Shown piece by piece: positions 38,514 through 48,499 of a stretch of DNA of 64,000 nucleotides. Numbering within the stretch: position 1 is the first letter of the stretch; every line of letters begins with the position of its first letter. This DNA comes from an uncultured Bacilli bacterium (GTDB lineage: Bacteria > Bacillota_I > Bacilli_A > RF39 > UBA660): positions 4,178 through 68,177 of the forward strand of contig CANQFG010000003.1 of assembly GCA_947598395.1 (NCBI GenBank), written 5' to 3'. Below the pieces are notes generated by a model. The model was given only the letters and a program-made list of their open reading frames with translations, had not been told where the DNA came from and did no database searches. The translations under genes and the position numbers were made by a program.

Positions 38514-38542
38514 ATAATAGCATATAATAGGTTGTTAGTCAA
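38514..38542 (-). promoter_or_regulatory. Strong sigma-A-type promoter candidate for the helical-repeat operon
   Basis: Minus strand reads TTGACT, 17 nt, then TATTAT, ~25 nt upstream of the ATG at 38489. Confidence 0.55.
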
Positions 38543-38649
38543 AAAATTCCGTCGTCTTGGGCAATGTTTTTTCGGACTTTTTTGCCCTTAGAAGAGTTGT
38601 AATCATCTTTAATTTATGTTAAGATGAATAATAGCAAAGGAGCATAATT

Positions 38650-39030
38650 ATGGACAAGACCGTTAAATTATTCGATGCCAATAATAAATTAGTGAGCGAT
38701 TTTGATGAACAAATTGACGATATTTTAAAAAGTGTCCATGGGGATGCTTACTATGATGTCGATGAACCCCTCGTCGATACGCGACTAATCAAAGTTCCCG
38801 ACAATGCCTTGGATTATGATAAAGAGGAACTCGAAAGGACTATCGATATGGTCGATGCCATGGTGGGCAAGAATGCTCCCAAGATACATATAAAGGCCAA
38901 CGATCAAAAAGAGCATATTCATTTTAAAGATTTTTTCCCCGTTCTCTTCTTTATATGCGTATTTGCCATCATCGTCGTCGCCGGTTATTACTTTTTAAAT
39001 ACCGTTGATTTATTGAGTTTTCTAAGGTAA
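38650..39030 (+). CDS. Hypothetical protein with an acidic N-terminal part and a C-terminal TM helix
   Basis: 126-aa ORF with AAAGGAG RBS. TM segment FFPVLFFICVFAIIVVAGYYFL. An upstream TTGTAA-17-TAAGAT promoter-like element is present. Confidence 0.5.
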   Translation: MDKTVKLFDANNKLVSDFDEQIDDILKSVHGDAYYDVDEPLVDTRLIKVPDNALDYDKEELERTIDMVDAMVGKNAPKIHIKANDQKEHIHFKDFFPVLFFICVFAIIVVAGYYFLNTVDLLSFLR

Positions 39031-39071
39031 GATAAGCTTATCTTTTTTAATTTTAAAGGAAGCGTGACTTT

Positions 39072-39323
39072 ATGGATGAATTAAAGAACTTTGAAGTCAA
39101 TCCCGATTATACGATGGCAAAAAAAATAAATGGACATCTCTATTTATCGGAAGAACAATTGGAAATTTTAAATAAATACGGCATCAATTTTCAAAAATGT
39201 CGGACGATTAACGACCTAATTTTTAATATTGAACTATCTTTTCCGGCAAATGTTCCCGATGATTTAGAAAATCTTTTAGATATATTAACCGAAAGGGATT
39301 ATTACGAGAACTTCGACAAATAA
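39072..39323 (+). CDS. Small hypothetical protein (83 aa)
   Basis: ORF with an AAGGAAG RBS. No motif recognised. Confidence 0.45.
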   Translation: MDELKNFEVNPDYTMAKKINGHLYLSEEQLEILNKYGINFQKCRTINDLIFNIELSFPANVPDDLENLLDILTERDYYENFDK

Positions 39324-39326
39324 TTG

Positions 39327-39354
39327 TTGATTATCAATAAAAATATGCTATAAT
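39327..39354 (+). promoter_or_regulatory. Sigma-A-type promoter candidate for the XRE regulator gene
   Basis: TTGATT, 16 nt, then TATAAT. A near-palindrome CTAGATATTCTAG (39371-39383) lies between the promoter and the start codon. Confidence 0.55.
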
Positions 39355-39392
39355 TAAGTAAAGAAAGGCTAGATATTCTAGAGTGTGTTTTG

Positions 39393-39617
39393 ATGGGCAT
39401 AGTTGTTAGATTAGATCGTTTAATGGTCGAAAGAAAAGTCAAATTAGGTGAGCTTGCCGAGAACATCGGGATTACCAATGCAAATTTATCCAATCTCAAG
39501 ACGGGAAAAGCTAAAGCCATAAGATTTTCAACTTTGGAATCCCTTTGTAAAACTTTAAAATGCCAACCGGGCGATATATTGGAATATGTCGAAGACGATA
39601 TCGACCAATTGTTATGA
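39393..39617 (+). CDS. Small XRE/Cro-family helix-turn-helix regulator (YozG-like)
   Basis: LDRLMVERKVKLGELAENIGITNANLSNLKTGKAKAIRFSTLESLCKTLKCQPGDIL is the typical COG3655-type HTH protein. Confidence 0.8.
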   Translation: MGIVVRLDRLMVERKVKLGELAENIGITNANLSNLKTGKAKAIRFSTLESLCKTLKCQPGDILEYVEDDIDQLL

Positions 39618-39620
39618 AGA

Positions 39621-39645
39621 GAGCTAACGAGCTCCTTTTTATTTT
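39621..39645 (+). terminator. Rho-independent terminator after the XRE gene
   Basis: GAGCT-aacg-AGCTC followed by CTTTTTATTTT. Confidence 0.55.
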
Positions 39646-40294
39646 AAAATATCTTAAATTCTTTGGGTATGGAAGCCGTGAAGGTCATGCTCTTTCCGTT
39701 AGACAAATCGGCAATCGTCAACGTATGGGCATGGAGACATAAACGGCGAAGCGGGTTTTTAGTAGCACCATATTTTTTATCGCCGATAATTGGGTGTCCA
39801 ATGGCCTGCATGGCAACTCTTATTTGATTGCGCCGCCCCGTAGCAATTTTAATATTTAAAATCGAGTAACTCTTCGTACGCTTGATGACCTCGTATGTCG
39901 TTATAGCTTCTTTGCCATGTTTTTTATCCGTAGGAATCGTCATTAAAGTCTTCGTCTCCGTCAAATATTGGACGATTTTTTGCCGCAGTGGTTCGACATA
40001 ACCTTCGACGATGGCATAATATTCGCGCGAAGCGACCTTATTCCAATTTTGTTGAAGATATTCCTTTACTTTAAAGTTTTTGGCCAATAAAATAACCCCT
40101 GATGTATCCTTATCAAGGCGATGAACGATAAATATTTTATTACTCTTATGTTGCTTTTTGACATAAGACGATACTTGGTTATATAAAGTCTTATGCGATT
40201 CATTGGCATCACTTATAGTTAAAAGATGAGACGGCTTATTAAGAACGATGATATTTTTATCTTCATAGATAATATCTAATTTCTCTTTGCGCAT
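39644..40294 (-). CDS. RluA-family pseudouridine synthase
   Basis: HRLDKDTSGVILLAK catalytic motif and the GRRNQIRV motif. 216 aa, with no S4 domain. Confidence 0.9.
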   Translation of the reverse strand: MRKEKLDIIYEDKNIIVLNKPSHLLTISDANESHKTLYNQVSSYVKKQHKSNKIFIVHRLDKDTSGVILLAKNFKVKEYLQQNWNKVASREYYAIVEGYVEPLRQKIVQYLTETKTLMTIPTDKKHGKEAITTYEVIKRTKSYSILNIKIATGRRNQIRVAMQAIGHPIIGDKKYGATKNPLRRLCLHAHTLTIADLSNGKSMTFTASIPKEFKIF

Positions 40295-40951
40295 TTATAT
40301 ACCTACTTTTCTAATTTTAAAGGATAGTAATAAAAGAATGATCAAGGCATTTAAAAATATCAAATAATAAAGTTTATGGGTATCGTATTTTTTAATATCT
40401 TCCGTTTGGGAAGCATTGGTTATGGGGTTATCGCTGTGGATATCGAGACCACTTTGACAGTATGCTTCTTCGATATCGGGGTAATTCCATATTCCTAATT
40501 TATTTATGATCGAAGTCCTTTGAATAGAACATAAATGATCTAAATTGGCATATTCTCCCTGAATAAAATTAACTTGGCCATAGCCCCGAGCTAACAATAA
40601 CTCTTGCAACGTTACATCATCGACATAGAGCCATACTAAATCGCGATTATATTTATCCTTTTTGGAACTGGCGCGATCATATTGAATCTCCAATTTTTGG
40701 GCATTTTTTACCGTCGAACAGACATATTCTTCGATTTCGCGATTGAGCTCGCCATCTTCCGTATCGATAGCTAAAAGGCGGAGGCGAAACTTCTTTGAAT
40801 CATTTTCGACATAAAGGGAAGTCGACGATAGACAATTCACGAATTTAACGGGCATGCGCGCATATTCATCGTCGGCGTTATCCACGGCCAAAACAGAACT
40901 TAAGGGTATGAGCAAAAGGACTAAGAGAAATAATTTTTTCATATCGTTCAC
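40295..40951 (-). CDS. Staphylococcal-nuclease (thermonuclease)-like protein with a signal peptide and a C-terminal TM anchor
   Basis: RLRLLAIDTED and KYNRDLVWLYVDDVTLQELLLARGYGQV resemble SNase motifs. The stop codon directly abuts the start codon of the RluA-family pseudouridine synthase gene. Confidence 0.7.
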   Translation of the reverse strand: MNDMKKLFLLVLLLIPLSSVLAVDNADDEYARMPVKFVNCLSSTSLYVENDSKKFRLRLLAIDTEDGELNREIEEYVCSTVKNAQKLEIQYDRASSKKDKYNRDLVWLYVDDVTLQELLLARGYGQVNFIQGEYANLDHLCSIQRTSIINKLGIWNYPDIEEAYCQSGLDIHSDNPITNASQTEDIKKYDTHKLYYLIFLNALIILLLLSFKIRKVGI

Positions 40952-41130
40952 CTACAAGAAAAATTCTAACAAATAGTTAAGAAAAAGTAAATGTACAGCC
41001 TGCATAAATGGGCATATTTTAAAGGCTTTTTTGTCGATTTATGGCAAATAAACTAAAAATAGACAAGTTTATAAAATCTTACATTTACTAATTTAAAATC
41101 CATGATATAATTACGTTAGAGGTGAATGAT

Positions 41131-41790
41131 ATGGCAGAGAATAATGAGGTAAAAACGAAAAAAAACCAAGCGACAAATAATAAGAAGTCGACAAATGCGA
41201 AAGGAACAACGAAAAAAAATACGGCCCAAGTAGCTAAGAAAGCTAACGAAAAGAAAAAGGTCGAAACGACACAAGGGTCAAAAGCACAAGGTTCCCAAAA
41301 TAAGAACACGCCAAAAAAGACCAACAATAAAAATAATGGCAATAAAAAAGCCCCTGTAGCCAAAAAGAATACTAAAAAGGCGACGGAGCATAAACCACTA
41401 GACCAAGAAAAAGCAATGCCAAAAGAACTCGATCAAGAAAAAAGCGAAGTTCAAAAAGAGAAAATTGAAACGCCAAAGAAAGGCGAAGTAGCTGAACCAC
41501 CACTCGTCGAAGTCAATTTTAAAGAATTGGCAGACATGCGCGAGGAAGAGGAAACGTTGGCCGCTCATAAATTATCCGATGGTGAGAGATTGCTCAAGCG
41601 CAAAGACAAACTCGTCGATATCGGTATTTTGGTCGTCATCGTCGGTCTATTTGTCCTCGTACTTACGACTTATTTGACGGGATCTTTGGATCTATCCTAT
41701 GAATTGACGAATACATTAGTCATTCTTTCCTTAGTAATCGAAGCAATCGGTATTTGTATAATTGTGGCGAATTCTTTTAATCGAAAGTAA
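41131..41790 (+). CDS. Lys-rich low-complexity protein with two C-terminal TM helices
   Basis: ATG at 41131 after AGAGGTGA. The N-terminal ~110 aa are K/N/T-rich. The C-terminus contains IGILVVIVGLFVLVLTTYL and LVILSLVIEAIGICIIV. Confidence 0.55.
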   Translation: MAENNEVKTKKNQATNNKKSTNAKGTTKKNTAQVAKKANEKKKVETTQGSKAQGSQNKNTPKKTNNKNNGNKKAPVAKKNTKKATEHKPLDQEKAMPKELDQEKSEVQKEKIETPKKGEVAEPPLVEVNFKELADMREEEETLAAHKLSDGERLLKRKDKLVDIGILVVIVGLFVLVLTTYLTGSLDLSYELTNTLVILSLVIEAIGICIIVANSFNRK

Positions 41791-41815
41791 TATAATTTAA
41801 AAGAAGGATTTGTTT

Positions 41816-42817
41816 ATGTGTGAGGCAAACAGTATTACAAAATTTATTTCGATTAGTTATATTGTCTTTTGTTTCGTCGTACCATTAATCTATCTATTTA
41901 TCTATCGCTTAGTCGTCAAAAAGCGGCGCCGGGATTATCATCGGGCGGCCGCCATTGCCATCATTATCGGTGGAATTTTGCTCAGCGTAAAATTAGTGGC
42001 CTATCTCTTAGGCGACAACTGTTTTAACTGCTACCTCAATAACGAATGCTTTAAAGAGGTGGATAATACGACGTCTAAAGAAGTGACAAAAAGTGAAAAG
42101 ACGAGTACGACGGAGAAGATAACGATGACGACGACGACCAAAAACACGACGGAGAAAACGTATAAAAAAGTGACCGAACCAGCGGGTGTAAAAAAAGAAG
42201 TTGGGAAGACGAGTAAGGGCTACACCATCGAAACAATCGATGATGTATACTACGTCGATGGTTATCTAATCGTCAACAAGAGTTACCCCGTTCCCAAAGA
42301 TTATGAACCAATCGATGCCTATGCGACGACAAATACTCCGGAAAAGAGTTGTCAAAATTGCATCAACAAATTGGCATATTCCGCATTTAACGAAATGAAA
42401 GCCGATGCGGCAGCCGTTGGTATCAACCTTTGGATTCAAAGTGGATATCGATCATATCAATTGCAAAATACGCTCTATAACCGCTACGTAAGTGCCGATG
42501 GCAAGGCGGCAGCCGATACTTATTCGGCTCGTCCGGGATTTTCCGAACATCAAACGGGATTATGTTTTGATCTCAACGATGCAGGAAGAAAATTCAATGG
42601 CACGACGGCGGCCAAATGGGTAGCCCAAAATGCCCAAAAGTATGGCTTTATCATCCGCTATCCCGAAGGTAAAACCGATGAGACCGGCTATATGTGGGAA
42701 TCATGGCATCTACGGTATGTCGGCAGTGAGTTAGCTTCAAAGCTATATAATAACGGCGACTGGATTACCCTAGAAGATTACTTCGGATTGACGAGCAAAT
42801 ATGCAAGCGATAATTAG
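41816..42817 (+). CDS. VanY/M15B-family D-alanyl-D-alanine carboxypeptidase, membrane anchored with a Thr-rich linker
   Basis: SGYRSYQLQ, SEHQTGLCFDL and WESWHLRYVG zinc-peptidase motifs. N-terminal TM helices. Confidence 0.85.
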   Translation: MCEANSITKFISISYIVFCFVVPLIYLFIYRLVVKKRRRDYHRAAAIAIIIGGILLSVKLVAYLLGDNCFNCYLNNECFKEVDNTTSKEVTKSEKTSTTEKITMTTTTKNTTEKTYKKVTEPAGVKKEVGKTSKGYTIETIDDVYYVDGYLIVNKSYPVPKDYEPIDAYATTNTPEKSCQNCINKLAYSAFNEMKADAAAVGINLWIQSGYRSYQLQNTLYNRYVSADGKAAADTYSARPGFSEHQTGLCFDLNDAGRKFNGTTAAKWVAQNAQKYGFIIRYPEGKTDETGYMWESWHLRYVGSELASKLYNNGDWITLEDYFGLTSKYASDN

Positions 42818-42943
42818 AGTGAGGATTCCTCATTCTTTTTTTTGCTTTAACATTTATAAACACCTCATAAAATGGTATAATTTAAGTGACGAAGTTTTGG
42901 ATTTTTCAAGACTCTAACGAGACGAAAGGCATAAGTGATCAAC

Positions 42944-45352
42944 ATGGACTTTTTAACGACAATAAAGGATAATTCAATTCTCATAATTCCCAATAACATA
43001 AAGGAAAAAGTCTTAAACTATATCGATGACAATAATCTATTATTAAATATAAAAATTATGAATTTTAACGATTTAAAGAAGGGCCTACTCTTTGATTATA
43101 CTAATGAAGCCATCAATTTCCTTATGGAAAAATATCAAATAAACTATGATGTCGCCCAAAGTTATATTCGCGATCTATATTACGTCGAAGAGAAAAATTA
43201 TGATGCGGAAAAATGGCAATATTTGAGAAGAATGAAAAGCGACCTAGAGGATAATCATCTGCTCATTTACGATGATCTCTTCATCAATCTCTTAAAGACA
43301 AAAAAGCATATTTATGTCTATGGATTTGACTATATAACTAAATTTAATAAATATTTATTACAAAAAGTTGAAAAATATATACCCATCATCGAGATAAAAA
43401 AGACCAATAAGTGGCACGCAAAAGAGGTCTTAGGGTTTGAAACGATGGACGAAGAAATGGCCTTTGTGGCCGAGAGCATTTTGAATTTAGTCAATCAAGG
43501 AGTCGATCTAAATAACATCTATATTGCCAATTATGACGACGAATATTACTTTTCCATGCGGCGCATATTTACGGCCTATCATATTCCCTATTATATCAAG
43601 GCGGAGACGACCCTTTACAAGACGGCCATGGGCCAATTCTTTTTAGATAATCTGACGAATAAGCGCGATGCCCTCCTATATAAAATCCGCAAACATTTCG
43701 ATACGGATAACAATGCCGTAAATGAACGCGTCTATAATAAAATTTCGAGTATTCTAAATACGTATTATTGGTGTCCCGATATAAAAAAAATCAAAGGACT
43801 TATCGAAGAGGAAATGAAAGTTACCACGGTTCAAAGCGATCACTTCGATAAAGAAGTCCGCATGGTCAATTACCTAAATAATGTCTTTACGGATCAAGAA
43901 TACGTCTTCTTGATTGGCTTTAATCTCGGCAGTGTTCCGAAAAGTAAGCGCGATGAAGACTATTTGAGCGATAATATCAAACCGGATTATCTCGAGACGA
44001 CGCTCGAATACAATAAAATGATGAAAGAGGCCACAATAAAAGCCCTTGGCAATATTCCCAATTTGACGATTACTTATAAAAATATCAGCGCTTTTAACTC
44101 CTACTATCCAAGCTTCCTAATCGATAATGAAAACTTTATCGCCCGCATGGAGACGTTTGCTTATTCACATTATGCAAATAGCATAAACGAACTATTATTG
44201 GCAAATAATCTCGATAATTATCATAAATTTGGCGAAGTAAACCCCAATTTAGAAGTTTTAAATAATAGCTATACTATTCCCTATCGAACTTATAAAAATA
44301 CGTTTACTGGTCTTAATAACCAAACATTGAGAAATACCATCAACGATACGTTCGTCTTTTCATACTCGAACATATCCGAATTTTACGAATGTCCCTTTAA
44401 ATTCTTCATAAGCGAAATTTTACATATTAATATCTTTGAAGAAACCATCGATCAATTTATCGGCAACATATTTCATAAATGCCTCGAAAAGGGTCTCGAT
44501 GACGAGGCAGTGGATATCGACGAGATCTATGATGATTATATCCTCCAATATAAAAGCGATAAGCCCCTAACTAATAAAGAGCACTTTTTTATCGAACGGT
44601 TACGCGAGGAGTTAAAGTTTATCATCAAGATACTCCGGGAACAAAAGAAGCATGCTCAACCCGTTAAAACTTTAAAAGAGACGAAAATTCTCATCGATAT
44701 TATGCGCCAAGATATCAACGTCAAACTCAAAGGTTTTGTCGATAAAATCCTCGTCTTTGATAATGATGCTCTCGTCATCGACTATAAAACGGGCAATTCT
44801 CAAAATATCAATTTGGATTATTTGGAATTTGGCGTATCGCTTCAATTGCCAATTTATTTGTATCTTTTAAAACATAGTAAGGATTATTTTGATTTCAATG
44901 TCCTAGGTTTATATATTCAACATATCTTAAATTTTAAAATCGAACAAAATGCCAATAAAGATTATGAACAGAGCAAAGCCGATACCCTTAAGCTTATCGG
45001 CGTCACCTTCGCCGATGCCAAGCGCCTAAAAAATTTTGACGATTCATGGGAGAGTTCGAAAATAATCTATGACTTAAAAGCTGATAAAAATGGCGACATC
45101 AAGCTCAACAATCATGTCCTCGAAAGTGCCAAACGCGAGGAAATACTTGCGAGTGTCGAAAAGCTCATATTCGACTGCATCGATCAAGTCATTGCTGGAT
45201 CGTTTACTATTGCCCCATTAAAAATCGCCAACAAAGTCGATGGTTGCAAGTATTGTGATTATAAAGATATCTGCTATCGAACCGATAAAGATTTTAATTT
45301 TCAACAAGTTATAAAAAAAGGAAGTGAAAATGATGAGTATGTTGACGCCTGA
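42944..45352 (+). CDS. addB: Helicase-nuclease AddAB/RexAB subunit B (short form, no Walker A, Fe-S nuclease domain)
   Basis: C-terminal PD-(D/E)XK region (VIDYKTG) with Cys ligands ECPF...DGCKYCDYKDIC. Lies directly upstream of, and overlapping, addA. The start is uncertain (GTG at 42935 or ATG at 42944). Confidence 0.85.
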   Translation: MDFLTTIKDNSILIIPNNIKEKVLNYIDDNNLLLNIKIMNFNDLKKGLLFDYTNEAINFLMEKYQINYDVAQSYIRDLYYVEEKNYDAEKWQYLRRMKSDLEDNHLLIYDDLFINLLKTKKHIYVYGFDYITKFNKYLLQKVEKYIPIIEIKKTNKWHAKEVLGFETMDEEMAFVAESILNLVNQGVDLNNIYIANYDDEYYFSMRRIFTAYHIPYYIKAETTLYKTAMGQFFLDNLTNKRDALLYKIRKHFDTDNNAVNERVYNKISSILNTYYWCPDIKKIKGLIEEEMKVTTVQSDHFDKEVRMVNYLNNVFTDQEYVFLIGFNLGSVPKSKRDEDYLSDNIKPDYLETTLEYNKMMKEATIKALGNIPNLTITYKNISAFNSYYPSFLIDNENFIARMETFAYSHYANSINELLLANNLDNYHKFGEVNPNLEVLNNSYTIPYRTYKNTFTGLNNQTLRNTINDTFVFSYSNISEFYECPFKFFISEILHINIFEETIDQFIGNIFHKCLEKGLDDEAVDIDEIYDDYILQYKSDKPLTNKEHFFIERLREELKFIIKILREQKKHAQPVKTLKETKILIDIMRQDINVKLKGFVDKILVFDNDALVIDYKTGNSQNINLDYLEFGVSLQLPIYLYLLKHSKDYFDFNVLGLYIQHILNFKIEQNANKDYEQSKADTLKLIGVTFADAKRLKNFDDSWESSKIIYDLKADKNGDIKLNNHVLESAKREEILASVEKLIFDCIDQVIAGSFTIAPLKIANKVDGCKYCDYKDICYRTDKDFNFQQVIKKGSENDEYVDA

Positions 45353-48300
45353 ACAACAATTAGCCGTCGATAAGAGCGACACCAATATCATCGTTTCGGC
45401 CGGAGCCGGTTCGGGAAAGACGACTGTCTTAAAAAATCGCGTCATTCGCGAACTCAATAGTGGCATCGATGTCAACAAATTGATCATTTTGACATTTACA
45501 AAAAATGCCGCCGCCGAAATGAAGGAGCGCATCCGCAAGGCTATTTTAAATACGCCGGCCGTCAAAGAACAAAGTGAATACCTCGATGCCGCCTATATTA
45601 CGACCTTTGATTCCTTTGCACAAAGCCTCGTAAAAAAGTATAATTACTTATTAAATATCAGCAAAAATTTTACAATTGTCGATGAGACCATCGTCGATAC
45701 CCAAATAAATAAAATTCTCGATGACCTATTTGAAGGATATTATGCGAGCGAAGAAAATACCCCATTTAAAAAGATGATCTTGGATTTAACCCTTAAAGAT
45801 GATCGCGATTTAAAGAAAAGCATCATTCGCTTTTATCATAATATAACCAATATTATCGATCGCGAGACGTTTCTCAATTCGTATATCGATAAATTCTTTA
45901 GCGACACTTACCTTGCGGATTTATTTGCAAATTATGAAAAATTAATCTTGGAAAAGCGCGATGAGGTCATCGCTTTATTAGATGAACTCGACAGTGAGAC
46001 AGAAGATGCCAACACCGTTACGAAGAACAATATGGCTACCGCCCCCTTGCGCGAAGCAACTTCCTTCGAAGAAATAACGGAGGCCATCGACTTTACCCTC
46101 GAACGCAAAAGCAGCAAGATTCCAAACTACAGTGAGGAAGGGCTCGAAATAAAAAAGGCCATTGCCGATAAGAAAAAGGAATTAAAGGGCTTACTGGCAA
46201 AGGATCGTAAGACTTTAATATCCGATTATTTGAAGACCAAAGAATATATCGAAGTAATCATCGCCATCATCCAAGACTTAGATCGCGAGATATCCCTTTT
46301 CAAGAAGCAACACAACGCATACGAATTTAATGATATTGCCCTAAAGGCCATCGATCTTGTCAAAAACTACCCTTCTGTTCGTCAAGAAATAAAGGATAAT
46401 ACTTTTGAAATAATGATCGATGAATACCAAGATACCAATGATATCCAAGAGACCTTCATCTCCTATATTGAAAACAATAATGTCTATATGGTCGGTGATA
46501 TCAAACAATCCATCTATCGATTCCGCAAAGCTAATCCCTATATCTTTAAAAATAAATATGATAATTTTAAAGAAAATATCCATGGTTTTAAAATCGATTT
46601 AAATAAGAATTTTCGATCGCGTAACGAAGTTATCGCCAATATAAATTTGATCTTTAATGAAATAATGTCGGATAGCATCGGAGGGGCCAATTATAAAGAA
46701 AGCCATAATATGCTTTTTGGCAATAAAGAGTATTTGACGACTAAAGGACAACAAAATTACAATATGGATATCTTGAGTTATAATCTTGCAGATACCCATA
46801 TGCCCATCGATGAAATCGAGGCCCATATTTTAGCCAAAGATATTTTAAAACGGATTGATAACCGCGAACAAGTGACATATTTAAAAAATGACGTAATGCA
46901 TTCGCGCGATATAACCTATAAGGATATCGTCATCTTAATCGATAAGAGCAAATATTTTGAAACAATCAAGAAAATTTTGGAAGGATATGGCATTCCCGTT
47001 CAAATCGATAAAGATGTCTCAATTAAAGAAGATGACGAAATATATATTCTCAAAAATATCATCAATCTCATCTGCCTTATTAAAAAGGGGAAAATTCATA
47101 GTAACGAATTTAAACATTATTTTGCTTCCATTGCCCGTTCTTATGTGGCACGCATGAGTGACGATGAACTATTTAATATCTTTGTAAACGATACCTTTAT
47201 GGATACGGAGATATATCACAAATGTTTAAAAATTACGGATTTAGTCGATGCCTTATCCAATCGCGACCTTTTGATGACCATCATCGAAGAATTTGCCATA
47301 ACGAATAAGACCATTTTAATTGGCGATGTCAAAAATCGTCTAACTAAATTAGAATATTTTGTCAATAAAGCGACATCTTTAAACAATTTCGGTTTAGATA
47401 TCTATGATATGAATGCCTATTTTGACGAAATTCTCAATTCGGACGATTTTGATATCAAAATGCCTAGTAATGTCATTGCCGCCAATGCCGTAACTCTCAT
47501 GACAATCCATGGCTCAAAGGGCCTCGAATATAACTATGTCTATATGCCGTTTTTAAATAGCAATTTCTATAAGTCAAATAGCAATAGTTCGTATTATTTC
47601 AGCGAACGTTGGGGCTTTATCGTTCCCCTATTCGATCAGGGATACTGCCAAACATTCGTCAAAAACTTGTATCTTCAAGAGGAGCGAAGAGAGACCTTAT
47701 CGGAAAAAATACGCCTCTTTTATGTCGCTTTAACGCGGGCCAAAGAAAAAATTATCTTGATCAATTCCTTCAACGAAAAGATAAAACCCGTAGCATCATT
47801 AGATTTCCAAGCATTAAATAAGGCGGCATCATATCGCGATATTCTTTCCCTTTTAAAGTTAAAACTTGCCCCCTTTATAACGACCGTTGATATAAGTGAC
47901 ATACAAGCCCATACGCTTAGTTCCACCAATCAAGCATTGCCCAAGAAGACCACACAGACAATTAATATTATCGATAAGAGGATCGATGCTCATATATGTT
48001 TAAAGAGACATTTTTCAAAGGCCTTAAATAAAGTTATCGATGAAAATTTAAAAAAGACTTTAGATTTTGGTACTTATATGCATTATGTCTTTGAAGTGTT
48101 TGATTTTAAAAATAATAATATCGCAGAATTAAATATCGCTGAGGATGCCAAAAACTGCCTAACGAACTTTTTAAAGCACTCCGAACTCGGCAATATAAAT
48201 AAAGCCAACATCTATAAAGAACACGAAATTATGTTTATGAAAGATGGGGCCAATTATCATGGCTTTATCGATTTACTCTTAGAGTATCCCGATCACTTCG

Positions 48301-48449
48301 ATATTATCGATTATAAATTATCCCATATTAACAAACCCGAATATGTAACACAGTTGTCGGGATACCGCGATTATATTGCCAATAAATATCATAAACCGGT
48401 TAATATTTATCTTTATTCAATAAAAAAAGACATCTTAAAGAAGATTTAA
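45330..48449 (+). CDS. addA: ATP-dependent helicase/nuclease AddA/RexA
   Basis: UvrD-type motifs [24 protein letters not shown] and HGSKGLEY, plus a C-terminal RecB-like nuclease region (GFIDLL...IIDYK). ATG at 45330 after AAAGGAAG. Confidence 0.92.
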   Translation: MMSMLTPEQQLAVDKSDTNIIVSAGAGSGKTTVLKNRVIRELNSGIDVNKLIILTFTKNAAAEMKERIRKAILNTPAVKEQSEYLDAAYITTFDSFAQSLVKKYNYLLNISKNFTIVDETIVDTQINKILDDLFEGYYASEENTPFKKMILDLTLKDDRDLKKSIIRFYHNITNIIDRETFLNSYIDKFFSDTYLADLFANYEKLILEKRDEVIALLDELDSETEDANTVTKNNMATAPLREATSFEEITEAIDFTLERKSSKIPNYSEEGLEIKKAIADKKKELKGLLAKDRKTLISDYLKTKEYIEVIIAIIQDLDREISLFKKQHNAYEFNDIALKAIDLVKNYPSVRQEIKDNTFEIMIDEYQDTNDIQETFISYIENNNVYMVGDIKQSIYRFRKANPYIFKNKYDNFKENIHGFKIDLNKNFRSRNEVIANINLIFNEIMSDSIGGANYKESHNMLFGNKEYLTTKGQQNYNMDILSYNLADTHMPIDEIEAHILAKDILKRIDNREQVTYLKNDVMHSRDITYKDIVILIDKSKYFETIKKILEGYGIPVQIDKDVSIKEDDEIYILKNIINLICLIKKGKIHSNEFKHYFASIARSYVARMSDDELFNIFVNDTFMDTEIYHKCLKITDLVDALSNRDLLMTIIEEFAITNKTILIGDVKNRLTKLEYFVNKATSLNNFGLDIYDMNAYFDEILNSDDFDIKMPSNVIAANAVTLMTIHGSKGLEYNYVYMPFLNSNFYKSNSNSSYYFSERWGFIVPLFDQGYCQTFVKNLYLQEERRETLSEKIRLFYVALTRAKEKIILINSFNEKIKPVASLDFQALNKAASYRDILSLLKLKLAPFITTVDISDIQAHTLSSTNQALPKKTTQTINIIDKRIDAHICLKRHFSKALNKVIDENLKKTLDFGTYMHYVFEVFDFKNNNIAELNIAEDAKNCLTNFLKHSELGNINKANIYKEHEIMFMKDGANYHGFIDLLLEYPDHFDIIDYKLSHINKPEYVTQLSGYRDYIANKYHKPVNIYLYSIKKDILKKI

Positions 48450-48499
48450 AGGAAATCTTCTTTTTTTGGCTATATATATTATTGAAAGGATAAATTAAT

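Noticed and set aside
41088-41363. 91-aa minus-strand ORF (Phe/Leu/Val-rich) opposite the Lys-rich gene
   Set aside because: It is the antisense reading of AAA/AAG-rich coding sequence, which gives TTT/CTT codons. It has no RBS. The sense gene has a strong AGAGGTGA RBS.
45218-45565. 115-aa minus-strand ORF spanning the addB/addA junction, and other nested ORFs inside fusA, uvrA, typA, addA and similar genes
   Set aside because: All lie entirely within well-supported conserved genes on the opposite strand or in another frame. They lack an RBS and any recognisable motif.
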